Part shown: positions 30,292 to 38,805 of the stretch, one piece after another
Layout: the number at the start of each line of letters is the position of its first letter
How positions within the stretch are numbered: position 1 is the first letter of the stretch
Assembly: GCA_963663765.2 (NCBI GenBank)
Contig: CAXXUA010000004.1
Coordinates: forward strand, 256,001-320,000
Reading direction: 5' to 3'
Origin: Candidatus Poribacteria bacterium
GTDB taxonomy: Bacteria > Poribacteria > WGA-4E > WGA-3G
DNA: 64,000 bases
Notes under the pieces: model-generated
Told to the model about the DNA's origin: nothing
What the model saw: only the letters and a program-made list of their open reading frames with translations
The model's database searches: none
Program-made: the position numbers and the translations under genes

Positions 30292-30385
30292 GGGGGAGGA
30301 TAGGGTCTGGTGTCCCTACCGGTCTTCAAAACCGGCTTGTCCATGCAAGTGGATAGGTGGGTTCGATTCCCACCCTCTCCCGCCA
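30292..30385 (+). tRNA. selC: tRNA-Sec (anticodon UCA)
   Basis: 8-bp acceptor stem GGGGGAGG/CCTCTCCC with G discriminator and CCA; extended D-stem with TGGT loop; CCGGT-CTTCAAA-ACCGG anticodon arm; long variable arm; GTGGG-TTCGATT-CCCAC T arm. Lies directly after selB. Confidence 0.97.
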
Positions 30386-30413
30386 TTCAAACTATCTACC
30401 AATTACAATACAA

Positions 30414-31343
30414 ATGAATAATAATTCAGTAATTACCCTTCCAATTGTTACTCCAAAAATACACAAACGTAGACATCCATCATGGATAAAGGCGCGTGTT
30501 CCTAGTGGTAAAAACTACACAGACCTAAAACAACTCATGCGTAATTTAAAACTACACACAGTCTGTGAAGAAGCAAAATGTCCCAATATCGGTGAATGTT
30601 GGAATAGTCGTACTGCTACATTTATGATTTTAGGAGATGTCTGCACACGTCGGTGTATGTTCTGTGCAGTAAAAAAAGGGAAGCCAAACGGTAACGCAGA
30701 CAAAGATGAACCCAGAAGACTTGGAGAAGCTGTAGGCTATTTGAAACTAAATCACGTTGTCATCACTTCTGTCAATCGTGACGATTTGTCTGATGGTGGA
30801 GCAACAGTATTTGCAGAATGTATCTCCGAAGCGCGGAAAAACCGTCCAACTTGTACCGTTGAAGTTCTTATACCTGATCTTGAAGGAAACTGGGACGCAC
30901 TTGAAGTGATCATACAAGCACAACCAGAAATACTAAACCACAATACCGAAACTGTTAAAAGACTCTATCGTCGTGTCAGACCTTATGCAAATTACCAACA
31001 ATCTTTAAATCTCTTAAAACTTGGTAAGAAAATGAATCCTAAAGCTCTTACAAAATCGGGACTTATGGTAGGTTTAGGTGAAACAATAATTGAACTCTTA
31101 GAAACTATGCAAGATATTCGTAACACGGGATGCGACATTCTTACAATCGGGCAGTATCTATCTCCATCCGCACGGCACCTTCCTATTCAACGTTATTATA
31201 CGCCTGAGGAATTCAATGAGTTAAAAGATGCAGGCTATGATATGGGTTTTCGCCATGTAGAATCTGGAGCCTTGGTTCGTAGTTCATACCACGCAAAAGA
31301 ACAAGCACAATTATCATTATTGAATTTAGCAGCCAAATCATAA
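30414..31343 (+). CDS. lipA: Lipoyl synthase
   Basis: CEEAKCPNIGEC and CTRRCMFC cluster motifs, plus C-terminal 'VRSSY'. Start moved to the ATG at 30414 because the track start lies inside selC. Confidence 0.98.
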   Translation: MNNNSVITLPIVTPKIHKRRHPSWIKARVPSGKNYTDLKQLMRNLKLHTVCEEAKCPNIGECWNSRTATFMILGDVCTRRCMFCAVKKGKPNGNADKDEPRRLGEAVGYLKLNHVVITSVNRDDLSDGGATVFAECISEARKNRPTCTVEVLIPDLEGNWDALEVIIQAQPEILNHNTETVKRLYRRVRPYANYQQSLNLLKLGKKMNPKALTKSGLMVGLGETIIELLETMQDIRNTGCDILTIGQYLSPSARHLPIQRYYTPEEFNELKDAGYDMGFRHVESGALVRSSYHAKEQAQLSLLNLAAKS

Positions 31344-31729
31344 TTTATCCCAGTGGTGTTTAAAGTTTGGTATTATTTATCCTGAAAATCTTGGTACAGA
31401 CGGAATAGTATTCCGCTCAAGCAGCCATCAGCAAACCACAGAAACCAAAAGTCATCATACCCTCAATCTCATTGGATATATATTGGATATATATTGGGAA
31501 TCCCCAAAGACAATCACACAAAAAACAACAAATCCCATTTAAAATCACAAAATATATCATATCTAAATGATTATGTAGCATTATTTCGTAGGTCGCAGGG
31601 TTATTTAGTTTTCAATATTTTTGGTATTATCTTGCTATGTCGTTAATTTTATGGGATACCATCTTGTCTCGTTCTTTAGTCCCGTATGAAGATTAATTTA
31701 TTAATCGGGTAATAAATATTTTTCAGATT

Positions 31730-33500
31730 GTAGGTGTGCTTTGTAAGCGCGCTCTTGGGACTTGATGTGCCAGCGCGCTTACAAAGCACGCCTGCAGGTG
31801 GGTGGGGGCGCTTACAAAGCACGCCTGCAGGTGGGGGGCAGTTGGAGGGCGCGCGGACAAAGCACGCCTGCAGGTGGAGGGCAATTGGAGGGTGCGCGGA
31901 CAAAGCACGCCTGCAGGTGGGGGGCAGTTGGAGGGCGCGCGGACAAAGCACGCCTGCAGGTGGGGGGCAGCTGGAGGGCGCGCGGACAAAGCACGCCTGC
32001 AGTTAGGGGACAGTGGGAGGGCGCGCTTACAAAGCACGCCTGCAGTTAGGGGGCAGTTGGAGGGCGCGCTTACAAAGCACGCCTGCAGTTAGGGGGCAGG
32101 TGGGGGGCGCGCTTACAAAGCACGCCTGCAGGTGGGGGGCAGTTGGAGGGCGCGCTTACAAAGCACGCCTGCAGGTGGGGGGCAGTGGGAGGGCGCGCTT
32201 ACAAAGCACGCCTGCAGTTAGGGGGCAGTGGGAGGGCGCGCTTACAAAGCACGCCTGCAGGTGGGGGGCGCGCTTACAAAGCACGCCTGCAGGTGGGGGG
32301 CAGTTGGAGGGCGCGCTTACAAAGCACGCCTGCAGTTAGGGGGCAGTGGGAGGGCGCGCTTACAAAGCACGCCTGCAGTTATACCCAATTAACGTGAGTC
32401 GTCTTGCTAAGTGTGCGGTTAGGAAACCGCACCTACCGTTGGAAAAAGATAAATTACGTTAATTTGGTATTAGGGGGCAGTGGGAGGGCGCGGCGGACAA
32501 AGCACGCCTGCAGTTAGGGGGCAGTGGGGAGGCGCGCGGACAAAGCACGCCTGCAGGTGGTGGCGCGCTTACAAAGCACGCCTGCAGGTGGGAGGCAGTT
32601 GGGGCGCGCGGACAAAGCACGCCTGCAGGTGGGAGGCAGTTGGGGCGCGCGGACAAAGCACGCCTGAAGGTGGGGAGCAGTTGGGGCGCGCGGACAAAGC
32701 ACGCCTGAAGGTGGGGGGCAGTTGGGGCGCGCGCGGACAAAGCACGCCTGCAGTTAGGGGGCAGTTGGAGGGCGCGCGGACAAAGCACGCCTGCAGGTGG
32801 GGGGCAGTTGGAGGGCGCGCGGACAAAGCACGCCTGCAGTTAGGGGACAGTGGGAGGGCGCGCTTACAAAGCACGCCTGCAGTTAGGGGGCAGTGGAAGG
32901 GCGCGCTTACAAAGCAGCCTGCAGTTAGGGGGCAGGTGGGGGGCGCGCTTACAAAGCACGCCTGAAGGTGGGGGGCAGTGGGAGGGCGCGCTTACAAAGC
33001 ACGCCTGCAGTTAGGGGGCAGTTGGAGGGCGCGCTTACAAAGCACGCCTGCAGTTAGGGGGCAGTGGGAGGGCGCGCTTACAAAGCAGCCTGCAGTTAGG
33101 GGGCAGTTGGAGGGCGCGCTTACAAAGCACGCCTGCAGTTAGGGGGCAGGTGGGGGGCGCGCTTACAAAGCACGCCTGCAGGTGGGGGGCAGTGGGAGGG
33201 CGCGCTTACAAAGCACGCCTGCAGTTAGGGGGCAGTTGGAGGGCGCGCTTACAAAGCACGCCTGCAGTTAGGGGGCAGTGGGAGGGCGCGGCGGACAAAG
33301 CACGCCTGCAGTTAGGGGGCAGTGGGGAGGCGCGCGGACAAAGCACGCCTGCAGTTAGGGGGCAGGTGGGGGGGCGCGGACAAAGCACCAAATCAACGGT
33401 ATGAATGCCATTTAGGCATTCCCCGCCTGCGGTTGGGGGTGCGCGGACAAAGCACCAAATCAACGGTATGAATGCCATTTAGGCATTCCCCGCCTACCGT
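31730..33500 (+). repeat. About 38-copy, ~43-bp G-rich tandem array derived from a REP
   Basis: Core CGCGC(TT/GG)ACAAAGCACGCCTG(C/A)AG followed by G-rich linkers; preceded by one inverted copy GTAGGTGTGCTTTGTAAGCGCGC. Copy number counted by eye. Confidence 0.97.
32382..32469. mobile_element. 88-bp MITE inserted in an array unit with a TTA duplication
   Basis: TTA-TACCCAATTAACGT ... ACGTTAATTTGGTA-TTA interrupts CAGTTAGGGGG; carries a GTGCGGTTAGGAAACCGCACCTAC hairpin. Confidence 0.85.
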
Positions 33501-33813
33501 AGCCGGATTAGTAGAATTACTCAAAGTATTTTTTAATCTTCAATAGGGACTATATGTTTATAGAAAATGTTTTCCACCCCACTTGAGTTCCGTAGGAATG
33601 ACATAGAAGAATAAAAATATCGTCCCTACGGGACTAAAGAACTGTGGAGAGTATTCGTTTTCTATAAACATATCGTCCCTACGGGACTATAGAGCGATGT
33701 TCATGTTTCAAAAATCTAAAACTGATGCATAAAGTTCGGTTAGGAAACCGAAACTGGATATTAACTTTCAGTAAATCTCAATAACAGAAAACTCTTAAAA
33801 CTAAATAACCCTT

Positions 33814-33925
33814 CGTAGGTCGGGTAGAACTTGCGAAACTCAACACGTATGATTTAATGTAAGTTTCCAATGTCGGGTTTCGCAAGCTTTACCCAACCTA
33901 CAGTTTATTCGGTGCGTAAGTCCTG
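33814..33925. repeat. REP doublet plus an orphan TGCGTAAGTCCTG end
   Basis: GTAGGTCGGGTAGAACTTGCGAAAC ... GTTTCGCAAGCTTTACCCAACCTAC, followed by a right end of the CAGGACTTACGCA family. Confidence 0.7.
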
Positions 33926-34478
33926 TAAGAAAACACAAACAAAAAAACGATGAAAAATCCATTTAGTTGTTTTTTTCAAAATTTCCGAAATTCTTAAAAC
34001 CGAGATAAAACCATACCACAACAGGATCGAGGACACTTATGAAAAAAAATGCAAAATACAAGAAAAAAACAACTAACATTTTTCTCAATTGACACATGTT
34101 TCACAGCATAGCAAATGTATCAGGCTAATTGTTTACATTCCATTTCATAAATCATCCGTAGTGTAGGGTCACCGTTGCCTGCGATGGATATCCATTTGCC
34201 ATGAATATACCATTGTAAAGTGATGTTCCTTTGGAATACCTTTAGACGAATATGCACATGGTAAATGCTATGATTCATACCGTTGATTTGGAGAAAGCCA
34301 AAGGCACATGCATACCTAAGATATGGTGATTCCGACAAAACCTATGATACAGTCTACACACATGAAAAATATTTACAGCCCAGATGTTACTTTTATATGA
34401 TGTTTTATTTCTGTATGTGCTATACTAATTACAATTACATTTTGACTATTCACATAGACACTAAACTCAAAACATATA

Positions 34479-34600
34479 CAGGACTTACGCAGTTTTCATG
34501 ATCCAATCAAGAATTAAGACGAAAACGATGTAATTTCCAGCATTTTTTAGGTTTCCGGCGCGCTTACAAAGCACGCCTACCGTTGGGTGCATAAGTCCTG
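34479..34600. mobile_element. MITE, CAGGACTTACGCA family
   Basis: Terminal inverted repeats with 1 mismatch; 5-bp duplication ATATA; ends 24 bp upstream of dapB. Confidence 0.9.
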
Positions 34601-34624
34601 ATATAAATAAACAAGGAAATCCTA

Positions 34625-35434
34625 ATGGTAAATGTTATCGTTAATGGTGCCTGTGGGCGGATGGGTAGACTGATTATCAAAGGTGTTGCTCAACAAGAGG
34701 ATATGCAAGTTGTAGGTGCAATTGAATTTGCACAACATCCAGAGATAGGAAATGATATTGGAATCGTTTCAGGTATAGGTGAATTGGATGTTAAAATCAA
34801 CAGCAAGCTCAGTGATGTAATTGAAAAGGGTGATGTTGTCATTGAATTCTCAAAACCAAACGCTTCATTAGTACATCTACGACAAGTTGTGAAAGCTGAT
34901 AAAGCAATGGTTCTTGCTACCACAGGATTTAGTTCAGACGAATTAGCAGAAATACACGAGCTCGCACCAAAGATACGCTGCGTCATGGCACCAAACATGA
35001 GCCTCGGTGTAAATGTAATGATCAAAGCACTTGAATTAATCGCAAAATCTCTTGGCGATGACTATGATATTGAAGTGATAGAGGCACACCACAATCACAA
35101 AGCCGACTCACCCAGCGGCACTGCACTCAGATTAGCAGAGACAGTTGCCAACGCATTAGGACGAGATTTGGAGGAAGTTGGAGTTTACGGTAGACATGGA
35201 ATCATCGGACCTCGTCCGAATAAACAGATCGGAATACATGCAATTCGGGGTGGTGACATCGCAGGTGACCACACCGTTATGTTTGCTACTGAGGGTGAAC
35301 GTCTCAGTGTTGTCCACCGCGCACATAGTCCTGAAGCGTTTGCTAAAGGGGCAATCCGTGCTGCAAGGTGGGTCATAAATGCTTCCAGAGGATTACACGA
35401 TGTCAGCGAAGTCCTTTTTGAACAGAGTCAATAG
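34625..35434 (+). CDS. dapB: 4-hydroxy-tetrahydrodipicolinate reductase
   Basis: 'GACGRMG', 'APNMSLGVN', 'IEAHHNHKADSPSGTA' and 'IRGGDIAGDHTV'. Confidence 0.97.
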   Translation: MVNVIVNGACGRMGRLIIKGVAQQEDMQVVGAIEFAQHPEIGNDIGIVSGIGELDVKINSKLSDVIEKGDVVIEFSKPNASLVHLRQVVKADKAMVLATTGFSSDELAEIHELAPKIRCVMAPNMSLGVNVMIKALELIAKSLGDDYDIEVIEAHHNHKADSPSGTALRLAETVANALGRDLEEVGVYGRHGIIGPRPNKQIGIHAIRGGDIAGDHTVMFATEGERLSVVHRAHSPEAFAKGAIRAARWVINASRGLHDVSEVLFEQSQ

Positions 35435-37478
35435 ATATACAAAACGTGTACTATCAAGTGTATTTCTATGCAACATTATTGCGATAATGTTAGTTCTCGG
35501 TTGCTCAAACACACCGAAAAAATCCATCGGTGTATGGAAAACCGTTTTGGAAGGGGATTGGAATGCTCGATTAAACGATGTTCATTTTGTTACTGAAACA
35601 CATGGATGGGCTGTGGGAAATGCAATCGGGCAGGTTCCTAATCATTCGCATCAGGAAGCCAGCAATTCCAATCATTCTTATAACGATGGCGCAGAAAGCA
35701 TTATTATCCATACGAACGATGGTGGTAAAAATTGGAAGAGACAACATAGTGGAATATTTGGACATCCTTTAAATAAAGTTTTTTTCCTAAGCAAGAATAA
35801 AGGATGGTGTGTTGGGGAAGCAGGTGTAATCATAACCACAATGGATGGAGGCAGAAATTGGAAACAGATTGAAACATCCACAAAACATAATCTTCATAGC
35901 ATATATTTGAAAAATAATACTGGATGGATAGTGGGTGATTGGGGAACAATCCTAAAATCTGTTGATGGTGGTAAAACTTATAAGCAAGTTGATGGTAGTT
36001 CTATCCGTAGGAAATCATTAAAAGGTATTTATTTTTTTGACAATTTAAACGGATGGATTATCACCTACAGCACACCGAATCAAAATGAACAACCAGGAAA
36101 TATCTATTTTACCGATGATGGTGGAACAACATGGCATAAACAATTCTCAACAGATTCAGCTCTTTTTGGTTTATATTTTATTGATAGAATGAATGGATGG
36201 GTGATAGGAGACAAACGTAGTCTTTATACAACAATTGACGGTGGAGAAACTTGGGAATTTGTAACTGATGGAAGCAACATAAGACATAAGGAAGAATACG
36301 GTCAACCTGAATATTTTGGGAACGAACCCCTACACACATTTACTTTATATGATATTGATGTTGTTGATAATCAGTATGGATGGATTGTTGGTGATTTAGG
36401 GGTTGTCCTTCATACTAAGTCTGTTCTGATGAAGAATGAAAAGAACGTTTGGAAACATCAACGCGGAGGTCCAAGGTTTCACAACAGTTCGGACGGTGTG
36501 CTATTAGGAGTAGATTTTGTATCAAAAAAACTGGGTTGGACGGTAGGTGAAAACGGGACTATTCTACATACCCGCAACGGTGGAATCACTTGGGAGGCAC
36601 AATCAAGTCCAACACATCTGCTTTTTGATGTTTGTATTACATCTAAAAACAGTGGATTCGTAGTCGGCGATCGTGGTACGATACTTCAAACAGATGATGG
36701 TGGAAGTAAATGGAACGCGCAAGATAGTCGTACAGCAGAATGTTTCGGAGCAACACATTTTGTAACAAAACAAAAAGGATGGGCGGTTGCTGAAGCTGGA
36801 GTAATACTTCATACGACAAACGGTGGGGAAGTATGGCTACCACAAACATCCAATACAAAACAAGACTTACTCACAGTTTTCTTTGTAGATGCTGAAACCG
36901 GATGGTGCGCCGGTAGTGCAGGTGAAATCGTTCACACCTCGGATGGTGGAAAAACATGGTCAAAACAAAAAAGTGGCACTCTATTTAACCTATTTGATAT
37001 ACATTTTACGTCAAAGAATGATGGGTGGGTTGTTGGTTTATTTGGAACATTGATATTTACTATTGATGGTGGCAAAAAATGGCAGCTTTCAACACTAACA
37101 CACCATCTCTCAAAAACAGATAGAAATAAAAATATTTGGTTAAATGCAGTCTATTTTGTTAATAAAGACGTAGGTTGGGTTGTTGGTGAGGACGGTTTTG
37201 TTTTCCATACAAAGAATAGTGGTAAAACTTGGTCTCGCAAATTCAGTAACACACAAGACTTTCTTTATGATGTGTTTTTTATTTCAAATGAAGAAGGTTG
37301 GATCGTCGGTAAAAACGGTATTGTTCTTCACACAATGGATGGTGGAGAGAATTGGAGACCTCAACGAACGGATACACGAACAGACCTTACATCAATACAA
37401 ATGAGTAGTTCACGTTCTGGTTTAGTAACTGGACAAGGTGGAACTATTTTGAAATATGAAGTCATTGAAACGGAATAA
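35400..37478 (+). CDS. YCF48/BNR-repeat beta-propeller lipoprotein
   Basis: Many 'GW.VG..G.ILHT.DGG..W' repeats and a lipobox-like 'VLGC'; start uncertain. Confidence 0.88.
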   Translation: MSAKSFLNRVNRYTKRVLSSVFLCNIIAIMLVLGCSNTPKKSIGVWKTVLEGDWNARLNDVHFVTETHGWAVGNAIGQVPNHSHQEASNSNHSYNDGAESIIIHTNDGGKNWKRQHSGIFGHPLNKVFFLSKNKGWCVGEAGVIITTMDGGRNWKQIETSTKHNLHSIYLKNNTGWIVGDWGTILKSVDGGKTYKQVDGSSIRRKSLKGIYFFDNLNGWIITYSTPNQNEQPGNIYFTDDGGTTWHKQFSTDSALFGLYFIDRMNGWVIGDKRSLYTTIDGGETWEFVTDGSNIRHKEEYGQPEYFGNEPLHTFTLYDIDVVDNQYGWIVGDLGVVLHTKSVLMKNEKNVWKHQRGGPRFHNSSDGVLLGVDFVSKKLGWTVGENGTILHTRNGGITWEAQSSPTHLLFDVCITSKNSGFVVGDRGTILQTDDGGSKWNAQDSRTAECFGATHFVTKQKGWAVAEAGVILHTTNGGEVWLPQTSNTKQDLLTVFFVDAETGWCAGSAGEIVHTSDGGKTWSKQKSGTLFNLFDIHFTSKNDGWVVGLFGTLIFTIDGGKKWQLSTLTHHLSKTDRNKNIWLNAVYFVNKDVGWVVGEDGFVFHTKNSGKTWSRKFSNTQDFLYDVFFISNEEGWIVGKNGIVLHTMDGGENWRPQRTDTRTDLTSIQMSSSRSGLVTGQGGTILKYEVIETE

Positions 37479-37601
37479 GGCTATAGAAAATTGATTGATA
37501 CATAGTAAGATGAATAACATGTAATATGGTTACACAACCTAATTACACTTGAAATAAAAAATGTCCTTTCATTAGGATATTGGATAGGAGAAAATACTAT
37601 T

Positions 37602-38780
37602 TTGATTACTCTTGCAGAACGGTTACAGAAACTTCCACCATATCTTTTTGTCGATCTTCGACAAAAAATGAATGCTGCAAAAGAACGTGGTGTGGATGTC
37701 ATCAGTCTTGGAATCGGTGATCCAGACATCCCAACTCCTGACCCAGTCGTAGATACATTTTGTAATACAATACAAGATATGGATGACCCAGATAGACACC
37801 GCTACGGTTGTGATAGTCCGGTACCAGAATTCCCAGAAGCAGTACAAAGTTTTTATCAACATCGCTTTGGTGTATCGTTATCCGATAATCAGATCGTCAC
37901 AACCCTCGGCAGTAAAGATGCAATTGTGAAAATGGCGTTAGGTATTCTAAATCCTGGAGACATAGGAATAGCTGCGAGTCCAGGTTATCCTACCTATAAC
38001 ATCGGACATGTATTCTCAAGCGCAACGACATATTATGCACCACTCTTACGACAGAATGATTTTTACATAGACTTTAGCTCTATACCAGATGAAGTAAAAC
38101 GACTTGCAAAGGTGCTTTGGATAAACTATCCAAATAATCCTACGACAGCTACTGCTGATTTGGACTTCTTTAAACGTGCTGTGGAATTTGGAAGACAGAA
38201 CAATATCCTTATTGCACACGACAATGCATATAGCGAAAATACTTATGACGGCTATCGTTCTCCGAGTATATTACAAGTAGACGGGGCTGATGATGTTGCT
38301 GTCGAATTCTTCTCTTTGAGCAAAGCATTTAATATGACTGGTTGGAGATTAGGATTTGTTGTAGGAAATCCAACAGTTGTGGAAGCAGTCAAGAAAGTAA
38401 AAGATAATATTGACAATGGGTCACTGCGTGCATTACAATTCTCTGGAGCAAAAGCACTCTCTATCGCAGATGAAGTAACACCAAAACTGAACCAAATATA
38501 CCAAAAACGTAGAGACATGGTGGTAAATGCATTAACACAAAGTGGTTGGAATGTTGATAAACCAAAAGCCACGATGTATATCTGGGCTCCCGTACCAGAA
38601 CGTTTTAATGGGTCAAGTCGTGCATTTGCTACTGCACTCCTTGAAGAAGCGGGAGTTGTTGTTACACCCGGTCTCGGATATGGCCAGTGGAGTGAAGGTT
38701 ATTACCGAATTTCACTCACATATCCAGATAATGTAATTTTAGAGGCAATCACACGGATTAGAGATTTCGCTAAAAAGTAA
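37602..38780 (+). CDS. dapL: LL-diaminopimelate aminotransferase (class I/II PLP enzyme)
   Basis: 'LPPYLF', 'ISLGIGDPD', 'INYPNNPT', 'HDNAYSE' and 'SLSKAFNMTGWRLG'; close to dapB. Confidence 0.8.
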   Translation: MITLAERLQKLPPYLFVDLRQKMNAAKERGVDVISLGIGDPDIPTPDPVVDTFCNTIQDMDDPDRHRYGCDSPVPEFPEAVQSFYQHRFGVSLSDNQIVTTLGSKDAIVKMALGILNPGDIGIAASPGYPTYNIGHVFSSATTYYAPLLRQNDFYIDFSSIPDEVKRLAKVLWINYPNNPTTATADLDFFKRAVEFGRQNNILIAHDNAYSENTYDGYRSPSILQVDGADDVAVEFFSLSKAFNMTGWRLGFVVGNPTVVEAVKKVKDNIDNGSLRALQFSGAKALSIADEVTPKLNQIYQKRRDMVVNALTQSGWNVDKPKATMYIWAPVPERFNGSSRAFATALLEEAGVVVTPGLGYGQWSEGYYRISLTYPDNVILEAITRIRDFAKK

Positions 38781-38805
38781 ATATTTACACTCTATTTTGA
38801 ATCCT

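Larger units (their letters stand above)
31687..33542. mobile_element. Inner element with TGAAGATTAA / TTAATCTTCA ends
   Basis: Splits the otherwise conserved TAGTCCCGTA^GGGACGATATGTTTATAG hairpin and contains the whole array. Confidence 0.7.
31596..33813. mobile_element. Composite MITE (CAGGGTTATTTAGTTTT ends, 9-bp duplication) enclosing the tandem array
   Basis: CAGGGTTATTTAGTTTT ... AAAACTAAATAACCCTT; CGTAGGTCG at 31587-31595 and 33814-33822. Backbone is homologous to 49590-49927. Confidence 0.8.

Noticed and set aside
30357-30413. N-terminal extension of LipA from the track start
   Set aside because: That GTG lies inside the tRNA-Sec T arm; the ATG at 30414 is more plausible.
32003-33360. 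Telomere-like TTAGGG motifs in the array
   Set aside because: They are single occurrences within TTAGGGGG linkers, never tandem (TTAGGG)n; probably coincidence.
31676-33478. Many short ORFs on both strands of the array
   Set aside because: These come from a 43-bp period (not a multiple of 3) in GC-rich repeat DNA; there is no RBS or consistent frame.
31730-33500. CRISPR array
   Set aside because: The linkers are short (about 7-20 nt), low-complexity and reused, not unique spacers. The core is a REP found elsewhere in the window, and there are no cas genes.
34120-34501. Small ORFs upstream of dapB
   Set aside because: No RBS or motif; they overlap a hairpin-module remnant and a MITE end.
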